Assembly: GCA_051294905.1 (NCBI GenBank)
Contig: CM119375.1
Location: forward strand, 3,844,001 to 3,908,000
Direction of reading: 5' to 3'
DNA from: Botryllus schlosseri
Taxonomy: Eukaryota
DNA length: 64,000 nt
The notes under the pieces were generated by a model. It made no database searches. It was given only the letters and a program-made list of their open reading frames with translations, and had not been told where the DNA came from. Every line of letters starts with the position of its first letter. Positions within the stretch are counted from its first letter, which is position 1. The translations under genes and the position numbers were made by a program. This document shows, in pieces, positions 24,314 through 37,541 of the stretch.

Positions 24314-24963
24314 CTGAAGGGAAGGTGTAGGTAAGAGTTATACAACTCAGTATAGGTCGGATCTGAATTTTAAAATACTGATATGATTGTCCGATGGCCA
24401 TAAAGTGCCACTGCGTTTTAAATATGACGTGGTCTTAAGTTGAAGAAAGAAGGGTGAAAAACTATCAGGCAGCAGCCATTGTACTGTAGCTGCAGCTATA
24501 TACCTCTGTGGTATTGAAGCTGATTAGTCGACTATCGAATACTTGAAGACAAACAGAAAGTTGAATAGAAATCGTAACGAAGAGAGAAATGGTGATGCCA
24601 GAAATTGCTATAACAGGTTTGTGACAGCAGAGGGAGTTCGTGTATAATCTAAAATTGAACTCGATTATTCGAATTTCATGCCTAGTGACGTCCTATTAGA
24701 TGATAAAAATGTTGATAAACAACGTTCTTTGCAATTCTCTACTACTTGCTGAGGATTACCCATGACGAGTGTTTGCGGCAAAAAAACGGGTTTATTTCAA
24801 TCCGAATATATCATTCACTATATATTGAAATTCTGCACCTCCAATAGTATCTTTTAAACCAAATTCCCCGCTTAACAAGCGCGGTATCTTATAACGCCGT
24901 TAGATATAATTCTCTAAGTATATTGTTTATATTTATATATGTCTAACGTGGAAATCTACTCAC

Positions 24964-25088
24964 GCTGCACGTAAAGGAAAGTCGTTGCCTTCTGATTCCC
25001 TGCTTGGAACGTATATTCCCCTTCGTCGGCGAATGTCACTTCTTCCACGTAAAGTCGGTGAGACCTATCGTCTACGAGGTATTGATAT
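24964..25088 (-). CDS. TTN: Titin exon: C-half of Ig (approx. I13)
   Basis: YQYLVDDRSHRLYVEEVTFADEGEYTFQAGNQKATTFLYVQ; phase 2-1; not in ORF track. Confidence 0.9.
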
Positions 25089-26925
25089 CTGAAAACGAAA
25101 ATTGAATCCATCACACAACTCTGATTACTACATTGGCGTGATGAATTGTTAACTTCACCGTATCATAAAACTTTATTCCCGTATTTTAATGAAACTATAA
25201 AAGTATCATTCTCGTATGGATAGTATATCTATAATGCTTCCTGTTCGAATGCTAACCGATACAATGCAGCGGAGGAGCATTGCAGAAAGCGTTATAGCGA
25301 TCGTTAAACACGCTATTCAAATAATCTTACAAAAAAGTCAGTTAGCTAGAAGGAATCACGATTCACCTCAATAGCCCGCGTTCGCACATTTAAATATGTA
25401 CGCAGGTGAAGGTACACACTACACAGCCTTACATTTGCGAACAAGCAATCACAGTCAAGTATAATAGGTTCAATATTGTATTACGGGACACTAGATCGTT
25501 CGTAAGGACGGGGGATTTTCACGTCGCTTGTTACCCGAGACAAGGCTGCGACTTTCATTCTGATAAAGATCAGTATTTGTCTTCGCTAATCGATTTCTAT
25601 GATACAGCGCAAATAACTTTGGAAATCTTCGCCATTGCAATGTGGATTTTGCTATTCTTTGGACTACAATATCGTAGCTCAAGTTAATCATAACGCAAAT
25701 AACCAGTGGACTATACTTCAGATATTTTTATCCAACCAGTTGGCATGGGATGATATTCCGATGCAACACGCCGAGGAACATAGTGTAATATTGTCAATCA
25801 AAACACGAACAGTTTATATCAGGGCTACCGCGGTCCGAATGCGGGATGATTTGTCTGAATTTACCATTATCGTTCATTTGCAAACAGAAATAGCAGCGTT
25901 TTCATTCATTCCGTTCATCCTCACACTATAATGGCGGCGAGTCAGTGTTTTCAGAGACGAACTTTATAAAGAACAAACTTCGCATATGCATGGTCACGGT
26001 CAATTAGGTCATTGAAAACATTCACCAACGCCACTTTAACACCAAGGTTTAAAGAACTAGCAAGAAAAAAACATTTCAATTCACTCACTAGCAATAAATA
26101 CATTTCGCGTATTGCTTTTGGTTTGGTAATACCGCTTTACCGAAATTTGTATGTAGCTATACCGTATTGCACTTGTACGACCGCAAATTATTTCATGAGA
26201 GTTATAACGGATCTAAGCGGACGTTAAACTTTTTTAACTGGACGTTTACTGAAAACAGTCGAGTCAGCCTGGTCTACATTCAATTTATAATGCGATATTC
26301 GTCCGATGAAAGCGAATTGCCTCTTTTGTTTCAGCACATACTGGTACACACAACGCGAGTTCCCGTGATTACTGTAATAATTGCAGAAGTGCCACCCGTC
26401 GTGCCGCGAGTAAAACAATCAACGTTTTAGGACCCACTGTTTGGAAATAGTAATGGAAAGGCGATAAACTTGCTTGCTAAGGAAGACTAATTTACGAATA
26501 AGGAATAGTCATTTACGAGAAGCAAAGTTGACAAGCTATAGTTGGACATTACAAACGCCATACCTGCCTCGCTTATTGCAGAATGCAGATAAGTACGAAT
26601 TAGTTAAGTTTAGGACATCATTCCTTAATTACTAACACTTTATCATTAATATTATTAAAATGCTACAAGGAAATGCATATAATGCGAATCGAGCCAAGCT
26701 TTCTGTAAAGAACTGATACTAAATTAGTTCTAACTCGACCCAGATATTCACAACGCATACCTAGTTCCTTGTGCATAGTGACAGTCACTTGTAATAAACA
26801 TAGCACCAAATATAGGAAGAGCTAACCAATCTCAGCTACGTACGCCCACAATAATACTCGTACGATTGAAAACGCATGTTTTGATCACGACAACCTGTTT
26901 TACAAGCGATTCCAAACAAGAAAAC

Positions 26926-27222
26926 GGTTGCCCGACATATGAGCATGCGACACAATGGAAAACGACAGTTCAGCATGGAACACATCAGCATGCGTCACTT
27001 CAGCATGAGACTGTATAACCCAAAAACTTACCCTAACCCATAGCCTAGCCTAACCTAACCTAACCTAGCCTAACCTAACCTAAACCCTAACCCAACCATA
27101 AATCCAACCCTAACCTACCCCTAACCCGTAATTTAACCCACATGCTCAAGTGCCGCATGCCAAATTGTCGCATGCCGAAGTCTCGCATGCTGTAATGTCG
27201 CATGCTCATATGTCCACGGACC
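26926..27222. mobile_element. MULE-like MITE with telomere-like (CCTAA/CCCTAA)n core (copy 2)
   Basis: TIRs GGT-N5-GACATATGAGCATGCGACA at both ends; perfect 9-bp flanking duplication CAAGAAAAC (26917-26925, 27223-27231). Confidence 0.8.
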
Positions 27223-29096
27223 CAAGAAAACACGTCTTCAAACAGTTTGACAAGTTGATATAGCAAACATAACACAACGTGAAGGCGCGTTTCGATTACT
27301 TAGAACAGCCGTGGTGAAATGTACAAGCGAGAGCTACATTAATTGAATCACGATCGCATATATTAGCGTGTCAGGCCCGGGAATCTACATGCGATTCCGA
27401 CGCCAACAGTTTGCGTTTAGTATAGTGTGAATCAGATTGTAAATATGCGAGTAGTAACAGCGGGGTCTGTTTTTATGAGACTTTAAATCAAACGACGCAA
27501 TTAGGCATAATTACCATTGAATCCAATTATAGAAATCAGCCTGGAAATTACATTTGCAAACTTATATAGCCTAACAGCTAGGACACGAAGCGCACAGACT
27601 TATACAAACTTATGGATTTTGAAAATGCGCTCCTAGAACTTAACTAACGAACGTTAAATCCGCATCTAACTAACTAAAACACAACTGACTCATAAACTGA
27701 AAATGCTGCTTTGCAAATGAAATAAGAAACTTCTGAGTTGGAATCGGCATTTCAAAAGGACGGGGTGCAGGGTTTGAAATGGGAGGGTTTCGACCCCTAA
27801 AACATACCCCTGGCTACGCCACTTTCAGTAGTGATGATGACTCTAAGCTAGCCACAGCTCCAAGAACATCACACAGAAATCGCGATTGACGCCAAACGGC
27901 GACGCGTGCTTTCTAGTTGTTCTAAAACTATTTTTTTTGTAATGCGCAACTAGAACTAGAACTAGAACTGCTCACGATTCAAACTCAAAAGCTAGAACTA
28001 GTACTACTCGTAAAACCACTAGTTAGTTGGCTGTCAAGTAGCTACATAACAGCAGCTTGCACATGTCTTGCAGAGCAAACGATATTACAAATGAGCTACT
28101 TGGAATTAAATCCTTGAGATAACATTTCATCAACTGATAGCATACTGTTCTGAAATCTAGTCTAGATCAAACGGAATGGAACACGACATCCTAGACACAA
28201 AAAACATATAATATTGTAACTATCAAGGCTGTGCTACGCTTTTACCAGCGCAAAATATGATTGTGCCCGTTACTAGATAAACTTACAGCCATATATATGC
28301 CTCAAATATACTCAACGATTAGAACCTCACTTCAAAACAACGCAATTAAAAACGCTTCACTCTCATTCTGTGCAGCTAACACGTCACAACGCTACTCCAA
28401 ATACACAATGCGCAATTTCCGGAACAGGTCAAACAGAAATGACCACTGCGTTCCATGGTGTGCAAACACATTGACCGTATAAGTCACAGCACACGGGTCA
28501 AGCCAATACAGGCACGGTGAGTCATTCTACATTTGCCATCAACGCAAGACCAAACAAATCTTACTCTCGGCCTAAAGTTGAGGCTTTTCTCATACAGTAA
28601 AGCGAACATTTAGTGGCCGCAACAATATTTGCACTGGACCGGGATTTTATTGAAGCTGCGTCAATAGATTTTAAAGCTATTGTTTTCGGATTATCCGTAA
28701 GTTCCTGGCTAATAACATGAGTCATTGCGTAGACTGCCAACTAGCGTAATAAACAACCGGGATTTTTTTAAAGTAAGGTTTCCAATAGAAATTCTTCACT
28801 GCATGGATATCGTGCTTCGTAATTAGTGGTGGTTGTAAAACACTTTAACATAAACGCCTAGGTTGGTTACCACAAGATTAACAGTTAATATGCACGCACA
28901 ATCTCATAAATTTTGACTTCTTATCCAAAATTGATCAATTAGGCTTGAGAGTCAGCTGCAACGCGAACTAAACTTGTTAAGCTGGAACATTTACATACAA
29001 TCATACATATAGAATTTGGGTGAAATCAACACTCGCAATATCATTCTTACACAAACATACGACTCAAACTCGAGATGATCGATTGCAATCACTGAC

Positions 29097-29241
29097 CTAG
29101 GCAAAGTGAAATCGATTTCCACGCCTTGCTTGTACCAATGCGCCTGGACGTTGGGTTTGCTGACGCGGAACTCCAAAACGGCTTTTTGGTTCTCCACGAC
29201 GCTCACGGTCTTGACGCATTTCGTGATGTCAACCTCCAGCA
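29097..29241 (-). CDS. TTN: Titin exon: N-half of Ig (approx. I13)
   Basis: VLEVDITKCVKTVSVVENQKAVLEFRVSKPNVQAHWYKQGVEIDF; phase 1-2. Confidence 0.9.
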
Positions 29242-29780
29242 CTAAAATACACAATACATCACATCCCCAACCAATTGAGGTCTAGAACAGTGGTTCCCAA
29301 AGCGGCCGATATTGGGCCCCTTGGGTCGATTTTGAGAGATAGTGGGCGACAAAAAGAATTAGGCGATTAGTCAATTATATCGAAGTGTCGGTTTGGTTTC
29401 TTGCTAAGTTCCAGTTAAAACCGATCTATGTTGATAGAAGAGGGGTTCAACGCATGACTCATCCCAGTCCGCGAAAGGTGAAAAGAATTACTAAAGGAAA
29501 TGTGCTTCATATCCAAGCTTTGCAGCAACGCTTTGTCAAATCACATTCAAAATCTAGTTTTTCACTTGATAATATCAAGTATGCAAAAATTAGAATTGCA
29601 GCATCAACGAAATTCATAAGTAGGAATAGTGTACGAAAAAACTACTTGCGTAAATTAAGCAAGTAGATAAACCTACTTGATTACTATGGAACAATAAAAG
29701 TACTCCGTCACTGATGACCTTCTACACTATATAGTGATTCTCCATATATTTTCAATCACGATCCTCTTATTAGTCTAAAC

Positions 29781-30082
29781 CAGTGGTGCTCAAACTGGGG
29801 AGCCTGAAGGCATCTGAAGGGCGTGCGCGAAGCCGCGGTCAACCGAAGAAAATTTTTGCGTTACGCGCAATATACATCCAATAAATAGTTATTGCTCTGT
29901 ATATATGGTCCGAATGTCATATTTGAGAATTATCTCATCAACATTCATAACCTTCCATGCAATCAAACTATCCGTTGGGATTTCCAGCGCTCTGGTTGCA
30001 TTTTGTAATATGACGATAAGGGGGGCGCGGAATTCTTCACTATCATAAAGGAGGGCGTGTCGGAAAAGTTTGAGAACCACTG
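29781..30082. mobile_element. hAT-type MITE
   Basis: TIR CAGTGGT(G/T)CTCAAACT; right end shared with 56455-56514; no intact TSD. Confidence 0.6.
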
Positions 30083-30578
30083 TTTCAGGGGGATAAAATT
30101 ATGACGAGCTTGATAATTGGGATTGGGCGATGAGTCAAAAGTAAATGGAGCCACAGGACTCTAATCTACTATGGAACATACACTCTGATTGATTTTACCC
30201 GATATCATTCATTCAAGATAAGTGAGATATAATTTAGTCTCGAATATTTACGCTGGACAAAACGATGACATAATTGACAACATGAATATGAAGAGATTGC
30301 CGAGGTACAGAACTTCACGATACAATTGAATTATTGAAATAAATACGAATATTTTCGGATGAGGTAATCAACAGCAACTAGTAGAGAATTGAAAAGAACA
30401 TAGTATCGATATTATTCAACTGAATATGAACTTGACGACTGTTTATATCTTATGCTATGTTTTTGACATTTGCATACTAATTTCCACCATTAAAAATGAA
30501 TCAAATTTCAATTGAGAGGGTATACAGTTTGAGACGTGCGTTTGAGAAACACTAGTCTAGAGCGATAGCCAAACTAAC

Positions 30579-30863
30579 CTTCCACATGCAGAGTCGATGA
30601 AGTCAGCTCCCGTCCGGCAAACAGCGAGTACACCCCTTCGTCCTCAGCGCCGAGGTCTTTGATTTTCAGCGAGTGCGTCGCGTCTTTGGACTTGGCCTCG
30701 AACTTCGAAGTGGAGTCCGTCATGCGTGACGTAACGTCGATTCTCTGCCCGTCTTTCATCCAGTACGCCTTCACGTCGTCCGCGTCGATTTGAGTCTCGA
30801 AGATCACCGTCTCGTGGGCTTTCGCGGAACGCTTGGCCGACAAGGGCCAAATTACCTTCACGG
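30579..30863 (-). CDS. TTN: Titin exon: Ig (approx. I11)
   Basis: VKVIWPLSAK..VIFETQIDADDVKAYWMKDG..EDEGVYSLFAG; phase 1-1. Confidence 0.92.
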
Positions 30864-31060
30864 CTGGCGTAAGAAAGATTTTTGTTGAGCGTATATGCTG
30901 CACAAGCATACAGTATATCTATTTATCCATTGCATATCTATATATGTGTGTGTGTTTACACCGATTTAACGAGTTGACGCAACTCTTTGGCTGCCAGCAG
31001 TTGTATCATATAATCCTTACGTGTGATTTAGACTTAAAAACTAAGAAAATGTTCAGCTCT

Positions 31061-31680
31061 GCGAAATTAGATAATAATTAGAATTGTAGCTACAACAAAT
31101 TAGATAACAATTTGAATTATAGCTACACGTTGTTTTTTTTCAAATTAGATCATAGTTATAATTATAGCTACACAAATGTTTCCAAATTCGATACAATTAG
31201 AATTATGCATATACAATTTTTCCAAATTAGATTACAATTAGGATTATAGCGAGTGTTTTTTTCAAATTAGGTTAGAATCAGATTGATTGCTACACAATTT
31301 TTTTCCGTATTATATTAGAATTAGAATTATGGCTACAAAATTGTTCGCGAATTATATTAGAATTAGAATTACTAAATTCACAAAAGAAATATTGCAAAAA
31401 CCAAGTTCGGTTACGTCAATTCTGGGTTCAATATCAGTTTCCCCAAATTCGATTAGAATTATACCTACACCGTTTTTTCGAAGTAGATTACAATTAAATT
31501 TACTGAGATCAAAAAAGAAACACAACAAAAAGAAAGTTCAGTTCATACCAATTCTGAAAACATTCTCATAAGCACGAGAAACAAATTACGCCGAGCTTGG
31601 CTGGCTACGCAATACACAATACACAGTCTGCTCTCCTGTAGCATTTTCAGGATACCAGAAATTACACCAGATTTATCTGG
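31061..31680 (+). repeat. Dispersed (ATTAGA)n-rich repeat family, long copy
   Basis: AAATTAGATTAGAATTAGAATT blocks plus shared core TCATAAGCACGAGA..CCAAGCTTGGCT..CTCTCCTGTAGCATTTTCAGGA; boundaries approximate. Confidence 0.78.
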
Positions 31681-31869
31681 TTGTCAGAGTCTGCGATGTA
31701 CAAGTCCACGTCAACAAGACTTGATGATGCATAAATATACAAATATGATGCTTACCCTTTCAATAACCCTACCTAGAGCACAAAACTTGTTGTGTGATTA
31801 GCGGCACTCTGATGATTTTACTACAATTATTAATATTAACAAGCTGCCAATATTCTTCTCATATCTTAC

Positions 31870-32005
31870 CTTGTACATCAAGCTTTGCCTCGGATACATC
31901 CTTGCCAGCTTGAAACGCGTACTGGCCGGAATCTGCGGCCGTGCAGTCCCGTATCGAAAGCGTATGTTTATACCCTTCCACGTTTGTAGAAATTCTGTCG
32001 GTGTT
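31870..32005 (-). CDS. TTN: Titin exon: C-half of Ig I10
   Basis: NTDRISTNVEGYKHTLSIRDCTAADSGQYAFQAGKDVSEAKLDVQ; phase 0-1. Confidence 0.9.
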
Positions 32006-32588
32006 CTATGCAAGGGAAGGTATCCGTTAACAGGAGTGGTTAAAGCAGTCAGACCTGCTACAGCAGTGGGAATAGTCCAAGTAACGCTGTAAATGTCTAT
32101 TCAATTACAAGTATTAGTAGCAATTACGAATGAATGTAAAATCTACTTCGAGAAGAATACGAAGTTCTGAGAAGTATTTAAGTAGGTAGTTTCAAATTGT
32201 ATATTTGGTCGATGGGTTGCGTATATTGTTAGCAGTGAATCCGAGATGATCGGCTTGCCGTTTTGAAAATTGCGTAACGGCTAATGACCAATGACACTAA
32301 AAATTGGTTCAATTTTCCGAAATATACTTATTTGCTGCGATACTGGAGCTCTTTCGACCAATTACCATGACAATTTAATTCCTAAATCGAATGCAAGCGT
32401 ATGTCAAAACTACGTTAAACCTCGCAAAAGCCAAATATATAAAAGTGAGCACGGTCGTCGTAAATGAGGTATCGGTAATCTTGAGCGCATACTATGGTAT
32501 TCATTTAGTAAAATTACCTTTTCTATTCTACAGCTACACCTCACGAATCGAAAAGGAGTCTACAGATAAAATTTATCTATCCCCTTAC

Positions 32589-32840
32589 CTGAATCCGAGT
32601 TCCGTTCTTAGTCCAGCAGTGCATATTCGAGGTAATATCCGGGTGCGATACCGTACATTCGAACACAGCAGTTTGCGTTTCTTTAATCGTAACCGGCTTA
32701 ATTTGGGATTTGATGCTGACCGCCTGCACCGTTAACCTTCCCGATGTCTTAGATCTACCAGCGTGGAAGGTATACTCGCCCGAATCATCCTCGCATACGT
32801 TAGCGATGGTGAGCTGATGCACGCGCCGTTCGCTTTGTAT
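32589..32840 (-). CDS. TTN: Titin exon: C-half of I9 and N-half of I10
   Basis: IQSERRVHQLTIANVCEDDSGEYTFHAG..ETQTAVFECTVSH..WTKNG; phase 0-0. Confidence 0.92.
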
Positions 32841-33130
32841 CTAAACACCGCAAGCCGTCAACTATACAGTTCACAAACTATACATAAAATGGGGATGTGG
32901 AGATTAACGGGTGTGCAGACAAGTTAACATGTCGTAACGCTTTAGTAGATCAGGCTCGTTACGCCGGTGGCAATGTTGTGTACTGTCATTTAAAAATATC
33001 CATGGAGTTTTCTATTACTATATAACATTGATTCAAAAAGCCTTCATTTGTATATGTAGATTGAGGAGCTTCTTGGAAGTACGCCATAACAAAAATAGTC
33101 CACTTTCGCAACTTCCACAAATCGAAGCAC

Positions 33131-33273
33131 CTGGAATTTTTCAGATGACTGCAGAGCCACGCCGTCTTTCGTCCAATACCCAGTGATTCCATCGTTGTCG
33201 ACCTCGGCGGTGAAAGTGGCGAGTCTTTTCTCCATGATATGCTGGTCTTGAAGCTCCCGGACAATATCGATTG
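33131..33273 (-). CDS. TTN: Titin exon: N-half of Ig I9
   Basis: IDIVRELQDQHIMEKRLATFTAEVDNDGITGYWTKDGVALQSSEKFQ; phase 1-0. Confidence 0.9.
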
Positions 33274-34077
33274 CTATAATAAAAGACAGACACTGATAAA
33301 CGACACAAATTCACCGACACAATACAGATATCAGAAGATATACCGAATAAATTTTGTTTAAAATAGTAGATATGTCGATTATTTCAAGTCTTTATTTTGT
33401 AAGTCAACAAAGGAACCCATAGTATACATTTAAAGCAGAGTCGGGCCAGACGGATTTATGGCAGTATATAAAATACTATAGCAGATAAATTTTACTGCCA
33501 TGCCTACTATAATACGTTGATACGATGCAAATTAACACAAGAATATGCCCATACAATGGATTTAGTCTAGTCTAGTAAACATCTAGTCCGGTGGTTCTCA
33601 ACATTGTCGGATCGGGGATAGGCATAGCTTCACAACAAACGTTACGGGCCCGGTAACCTTCAAAAATCGAAATTTAGGCAAAAATGTAATTCCGAAAATG
33701 CGTATGCATCTCAAAAGCGAATGCGGTATCTTAAACTTCAGCTAAATGCAAAATTGGCTGCAACATATGTGATATCACAAGTGTAACACGTGGTTCTGTC
33801 GAAGTTCTCTGCAATGCGAAGTCTTGGTAAAACCACGAAATTGATTTAAGGTTTGTTACGATACGAATACATTATTCAATTGCAGTTCAAAGTTCAACAC
33901 CTCCGAGAGTCTTTTTCAAATCAAAATTTCGTGTTTAATTTCTCCAATAAACGGACAAGCGACAAACTCATTGCATACTGCGATTGAGATATAGCATTGT
34001 GATATATTTGGAGAAGTTGACACTTCTACTAGCCAATAATAAATGTATCGATGAGCAATTTTTCAGTAAGCTTTCAC

Positions 34078-34344
34078 CTTCAACATAAATCCTTCCAGAA
34101 GATTTCGCGGATCCGGCCACGAAGCTGTAAGCCGCCGCATCGCTCTGCGAGACATTGCGCACGGTAAGGGTGCGTTTTCGTCCGTCCTTTCCTATGATGT
34201 ACTTCGCGCCGTCGTGTTTGATCTCGGCGCCGTTGCGCTCCCATTTTACGTTGTCGATGCTTTCCTGAGACAACTCCACGGTGAAGACGGCGTCGGTCGC
34301 GTCCGTTACGTGGATGTTACGCAGGGCTTTGCTAAGTTTTATGC
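34078..34344 (-). CDS. TTN: Titin exon: Ig I8
   Basis: IKLSKALRNIHVTDATDAVFTVELSQESIDNVKWERNG..DAAAYSFVAG; phase 1-1. Confidence 0.92.
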
Positions 34345-35173
34345 CTGTAAAGACAACCAGTTTATCAGATTTGAACAACTGGAAGTTCGATTAGAATTAG
34401 AATTATATCGACGCAGTTATTTCAGATTTAGACTAGAATTAGAATTACGGAGTTAGCAAAAGCTTCGAAATTAACTTTAGGTCCAAATTAGAATGAAATA
34501 CAAGAAAAATCAAGTTCATTTCATATCGAATCAGAGTTCATTATCGTATGCATGAGAATGACAAATGTCTGTAGACCGACCTTCACTCGTTTCGCACTAT
34601 ACAGTTCTCCAGTCGCATTTTCATAGTAACCATAAATTAAGTAAGAATAGAAAATATGGCATAGAAACATCTCACAAATTAGATTCGAATTGGATTATGG
34701 GCATTTGGCTAATTTGCATTACTATAATTAGGAAAAATTGCATAAATGCCAATTCTTAATGATGTGCAGCCAGCAATATTGGTTACCAATATAGCTTATA
34801 ATCTGGTACGCTTGGGCAAATATCGAGGGGCCTAAAAGGTGGGCTAAAAACGTTGACATATGCATATGCAAATGTGAGTGAATAATTTTGATACAATTTA
34901 TTCAATAGCCCGTTGTATCTCAGGCTGAGTTGATACATTGTTATGTATAGTCGGAAATCGAACTTTTGTCGCCATCGCCGTCACTGATTCTAATGAGAAT
35001 ATTAGGCTTGCAAATACTAGAAGTCTATATGCGCGGACATATAAGCTTAGATCACAAGGTTCCCTACCTCTTGTTAAAATTATAGGCTACCGCTACGTAT
35101 TTCACAGGGCCATTAGTAAAAGAGTCACTAAATGGTTTTTCAGTATCACAATCCTAAAACCAAAAGAATATAC

Positions 35174-35585
35174 CTTCAACCTCTACATGACAGGTTGATT
35201 TTGCGGTGCCGAGTTCAAAAGTATACCCGCCAGCGCGGTCTTGATCGACATCCCTCACAATCAACACATGTTTACGTCCGTCTATCCTGTATTCGTCTTT
35301 ACAATCCCGACTGTTGAAGTCGATGTCTGTCCCGTTTCTCTTCCAAGTCCCTCTGACACCGCTCGTGATAACTTCGCACTCCAAAGCCAAGTCCCGCGTT
35401 TCGACTATTCTGGCGTCGTGCAGAGGCTTAGTGATGGAGGCTCCTTGTACGGTAACGTGGCACGAAGACGATTGAGTTCCCGCCTTGAATTCGTAGACGC
35501 CTTGGTCGTCGACTGTCAGGTTTCGGATTTCGAGAAAGCGATACGCGGAGTCGGATCCGAAGATGAATTTATCAGACTCGGAGCC
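35174..35585 (-). CDS. TTN: Titin exon: C-half of I6 and Ig I7
   Basis: ..LEIRNLTVDDQGVYEFKAG..ITKPLHDARIVETRDLALECEV..GGYTFELGTAKSTCHVEVE; phase 0-1. Confidence 0.92.
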
Positions 35586-36050
35586 CTGTAAGTATACGCG
35601 ACATTAGTATATGGTTGTCTGCGTACCGGGCCTGGGTGTATGACCAACAATTCGCTATTCAAAAGATTTGTTGATCTGAGCATACAAGCATATGTGTTAA
35701 AAGTAGAAGTAATGCCCTAAATGTATCTACTCAAGTACATTCCGAAAAAGTAGAAGTTGAAGTAACATCTAACATTTCTATATAATCTATATAATATATC
35801 TACACCCACGGAACACGAAACAAGAATCTACCTCAGACTTACACCACGGTACAAAATCAAACAACATTTTAATCCAAATGATATAATTTTGAGTTGGTCC
35901 GTGTAACACCTTTTGAGTGTGAATAAACACTCTTTTTGCAAAGAGTGTTGTTGCTGACGAGTGTCAGCCGAAAATATGCGAGTTTGTTTCAATATGAAGG
36001 TATTATTCAATTGCATAAGGTTAAATAGACAACAAATTCTATCCCCTAAC

Positions 36051-36442
36051 CTGCAATTGAACTCCATCTTTCCACCAAGTCCCATCCACACTGTCATGCG
36101 AAAGCTTCAATTCCAGCTTCACAGTTTTGGTCTCCGCGGCGTCCACGTCGCGTAGCGGGCTTACGATATGAATCGGCAGCACGAACAGTTTAGCTTCCGT
36201 ACCGGTACCGCTGCCGGTAACGTACGAATAACTTCCCGCGTCGCCCGAAGTTACATTTGTCAGAGTCAGCAGTTGGGTTGTTCCTTTGGTTTCGATGACG
36301 CGTTGGTTTGTGTTGGTGATGATTTGGCCGCTGTGTAGCCATTGGCCGTCGAAGTATCCAGGGACGTCCACTGCGCATTGCAGCACTATAGATTGGGATT
36401 CTAGCACGTTTTCGTCGCGTAAAAACCCGGTGACTTTAATTT
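36051..36442 (-). CDS. TTN: Titin exon: Ig I5 and N-half of I6
   Basis: EIKVTGFLRDENVLESQSIVLQCAV..DAGSYSY..SHDSVDGTWWKDGVQLQ; phase 1-0. Confidence 0.92.
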
Positions 36443-36868
36443 CTGGAAGGAAAACGCGATTTAGCGGATATTTTAGGTCATTGTAAATATACATCATTGG
36501 TGCAAATAGAGTATTATCAATTGTACTGATTCAGATCGAGAAGTCGAACGATATTCTTTTCAAGTAATGGAATTATACCCTTTCTTTCAATGAGAGACAT
36601 ATTATATCAACGGGAATTATAGTTTCGATACTTTCTCCTGCTGCGACAACAAAGTGCAATTATATAAGTGCGGTCGCAAAATACCAAATTATCTTTAATT
36701 TGATGTATTTCAGCTATCAAGAATGATGATGTTGGTCCTTATCGTTGTAATAATAGAAAGTTCGCAGTAGCTTAATATGGATAACATGTATTTTCATAAA
36801 TATACTCTTTGCTATGGCTACGCAAAATCGCGCTTTCTCGAAACACAGCAATCTCCAGGAATCCATAC

Positions 36869-36993
36869 CTTGAACTACTAGCTCAGCCGTAGTCTCGTTA
36901 CTCCCTGCTTTCATGGAGTACTGTCCCATATCGCGCGCTCGGCAGTTCAATATAGTCAATGTGTGAGTTTTCAAATCGGACGATATAGAAATC
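36869..36993 (-). CDS. TTN: Titin exon: C-half of Ig I4
   Basis: ISISSDLKTHTLTILNCRARDMGQYSMKAGSNETTAELVVQ; phase 2-1. Confidence 0.9.
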
Positions 36994-37203
36994 CTACAAG
37001 GCAAATGAAAATGACATTGCAATGCTGGAAACTATTCAGCTATTCCAAATTAGATTAGAAGTAGAATTACTGCTACACCTTTTTTCCGAATTAGATTAGA
37101 ATTAAAAATACTGAAACTCCGAATTAGACTAATCATACAACTAGGAATATCGAGTTTTCAGAGTCTTCACGAATGTAACTGCGAAATTGGCGGGTATACC
37201 AAC

Positions 37204-37345
37204 CTTTCAGATTCTGTTAACGCAATTCCGTCTTTGAACCAGTAACATTTTGCTCCAGACAGGGAAAGTTTAGCTACAAAATTCACAGTGTTGCCTGCGA
37301 AGGCGGTCTGGTCCGATAGAGTTTGCACGATATTGCATGGTAATG
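37204..37345 (-). CDS. TTN: Titin exon: N-half of Ig I4
   Basis: LPCNIVQTLSDQTAFAGNTVNFVAKLSLSGAKCYWFKDGIALTESE; phase 1-2. Confidence 0.9.
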
Positions 37346-37405
37346 CTTTGAAAAGCAATAATCTCATAACACAGCGCGATTATTGCGAGAGGCGGGTTGA
37401 CTTAC

Positions 37406-37541
37406 TGGTAACGCTGAGATACATAGATGTGGCATCGCCGTTATATACAAATTCGTAGACGCCCTCGTCTTCGATCGTTAGGTCGTTGATGTAAAGCCGA
37501 CGTTTGTGGCCGACACTGTTGACTTCATACTTACCAGTTGG
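37406..37541 (-). CDS. TTN: Titin exon: C-half of Ig I3
   Basis: PTGKYEVNSVGHKRRLYINDLTIEDEGVYEFVYNG..; phase 0-1; followed by a 60-nt intron. Confidence 0.9.

Noticed and set aside
27020-27140. True telomere or chromosome end
   Set aside because: Short degenerate tract enclosed by TIRs and a TSD inside an intron.
25089-29096. Hidden exons in the 4-kb intron splitting I13
   Set aside because: No Ig-like or phase-2 compatible exon found; the content is repeats and AT-rich sequence.
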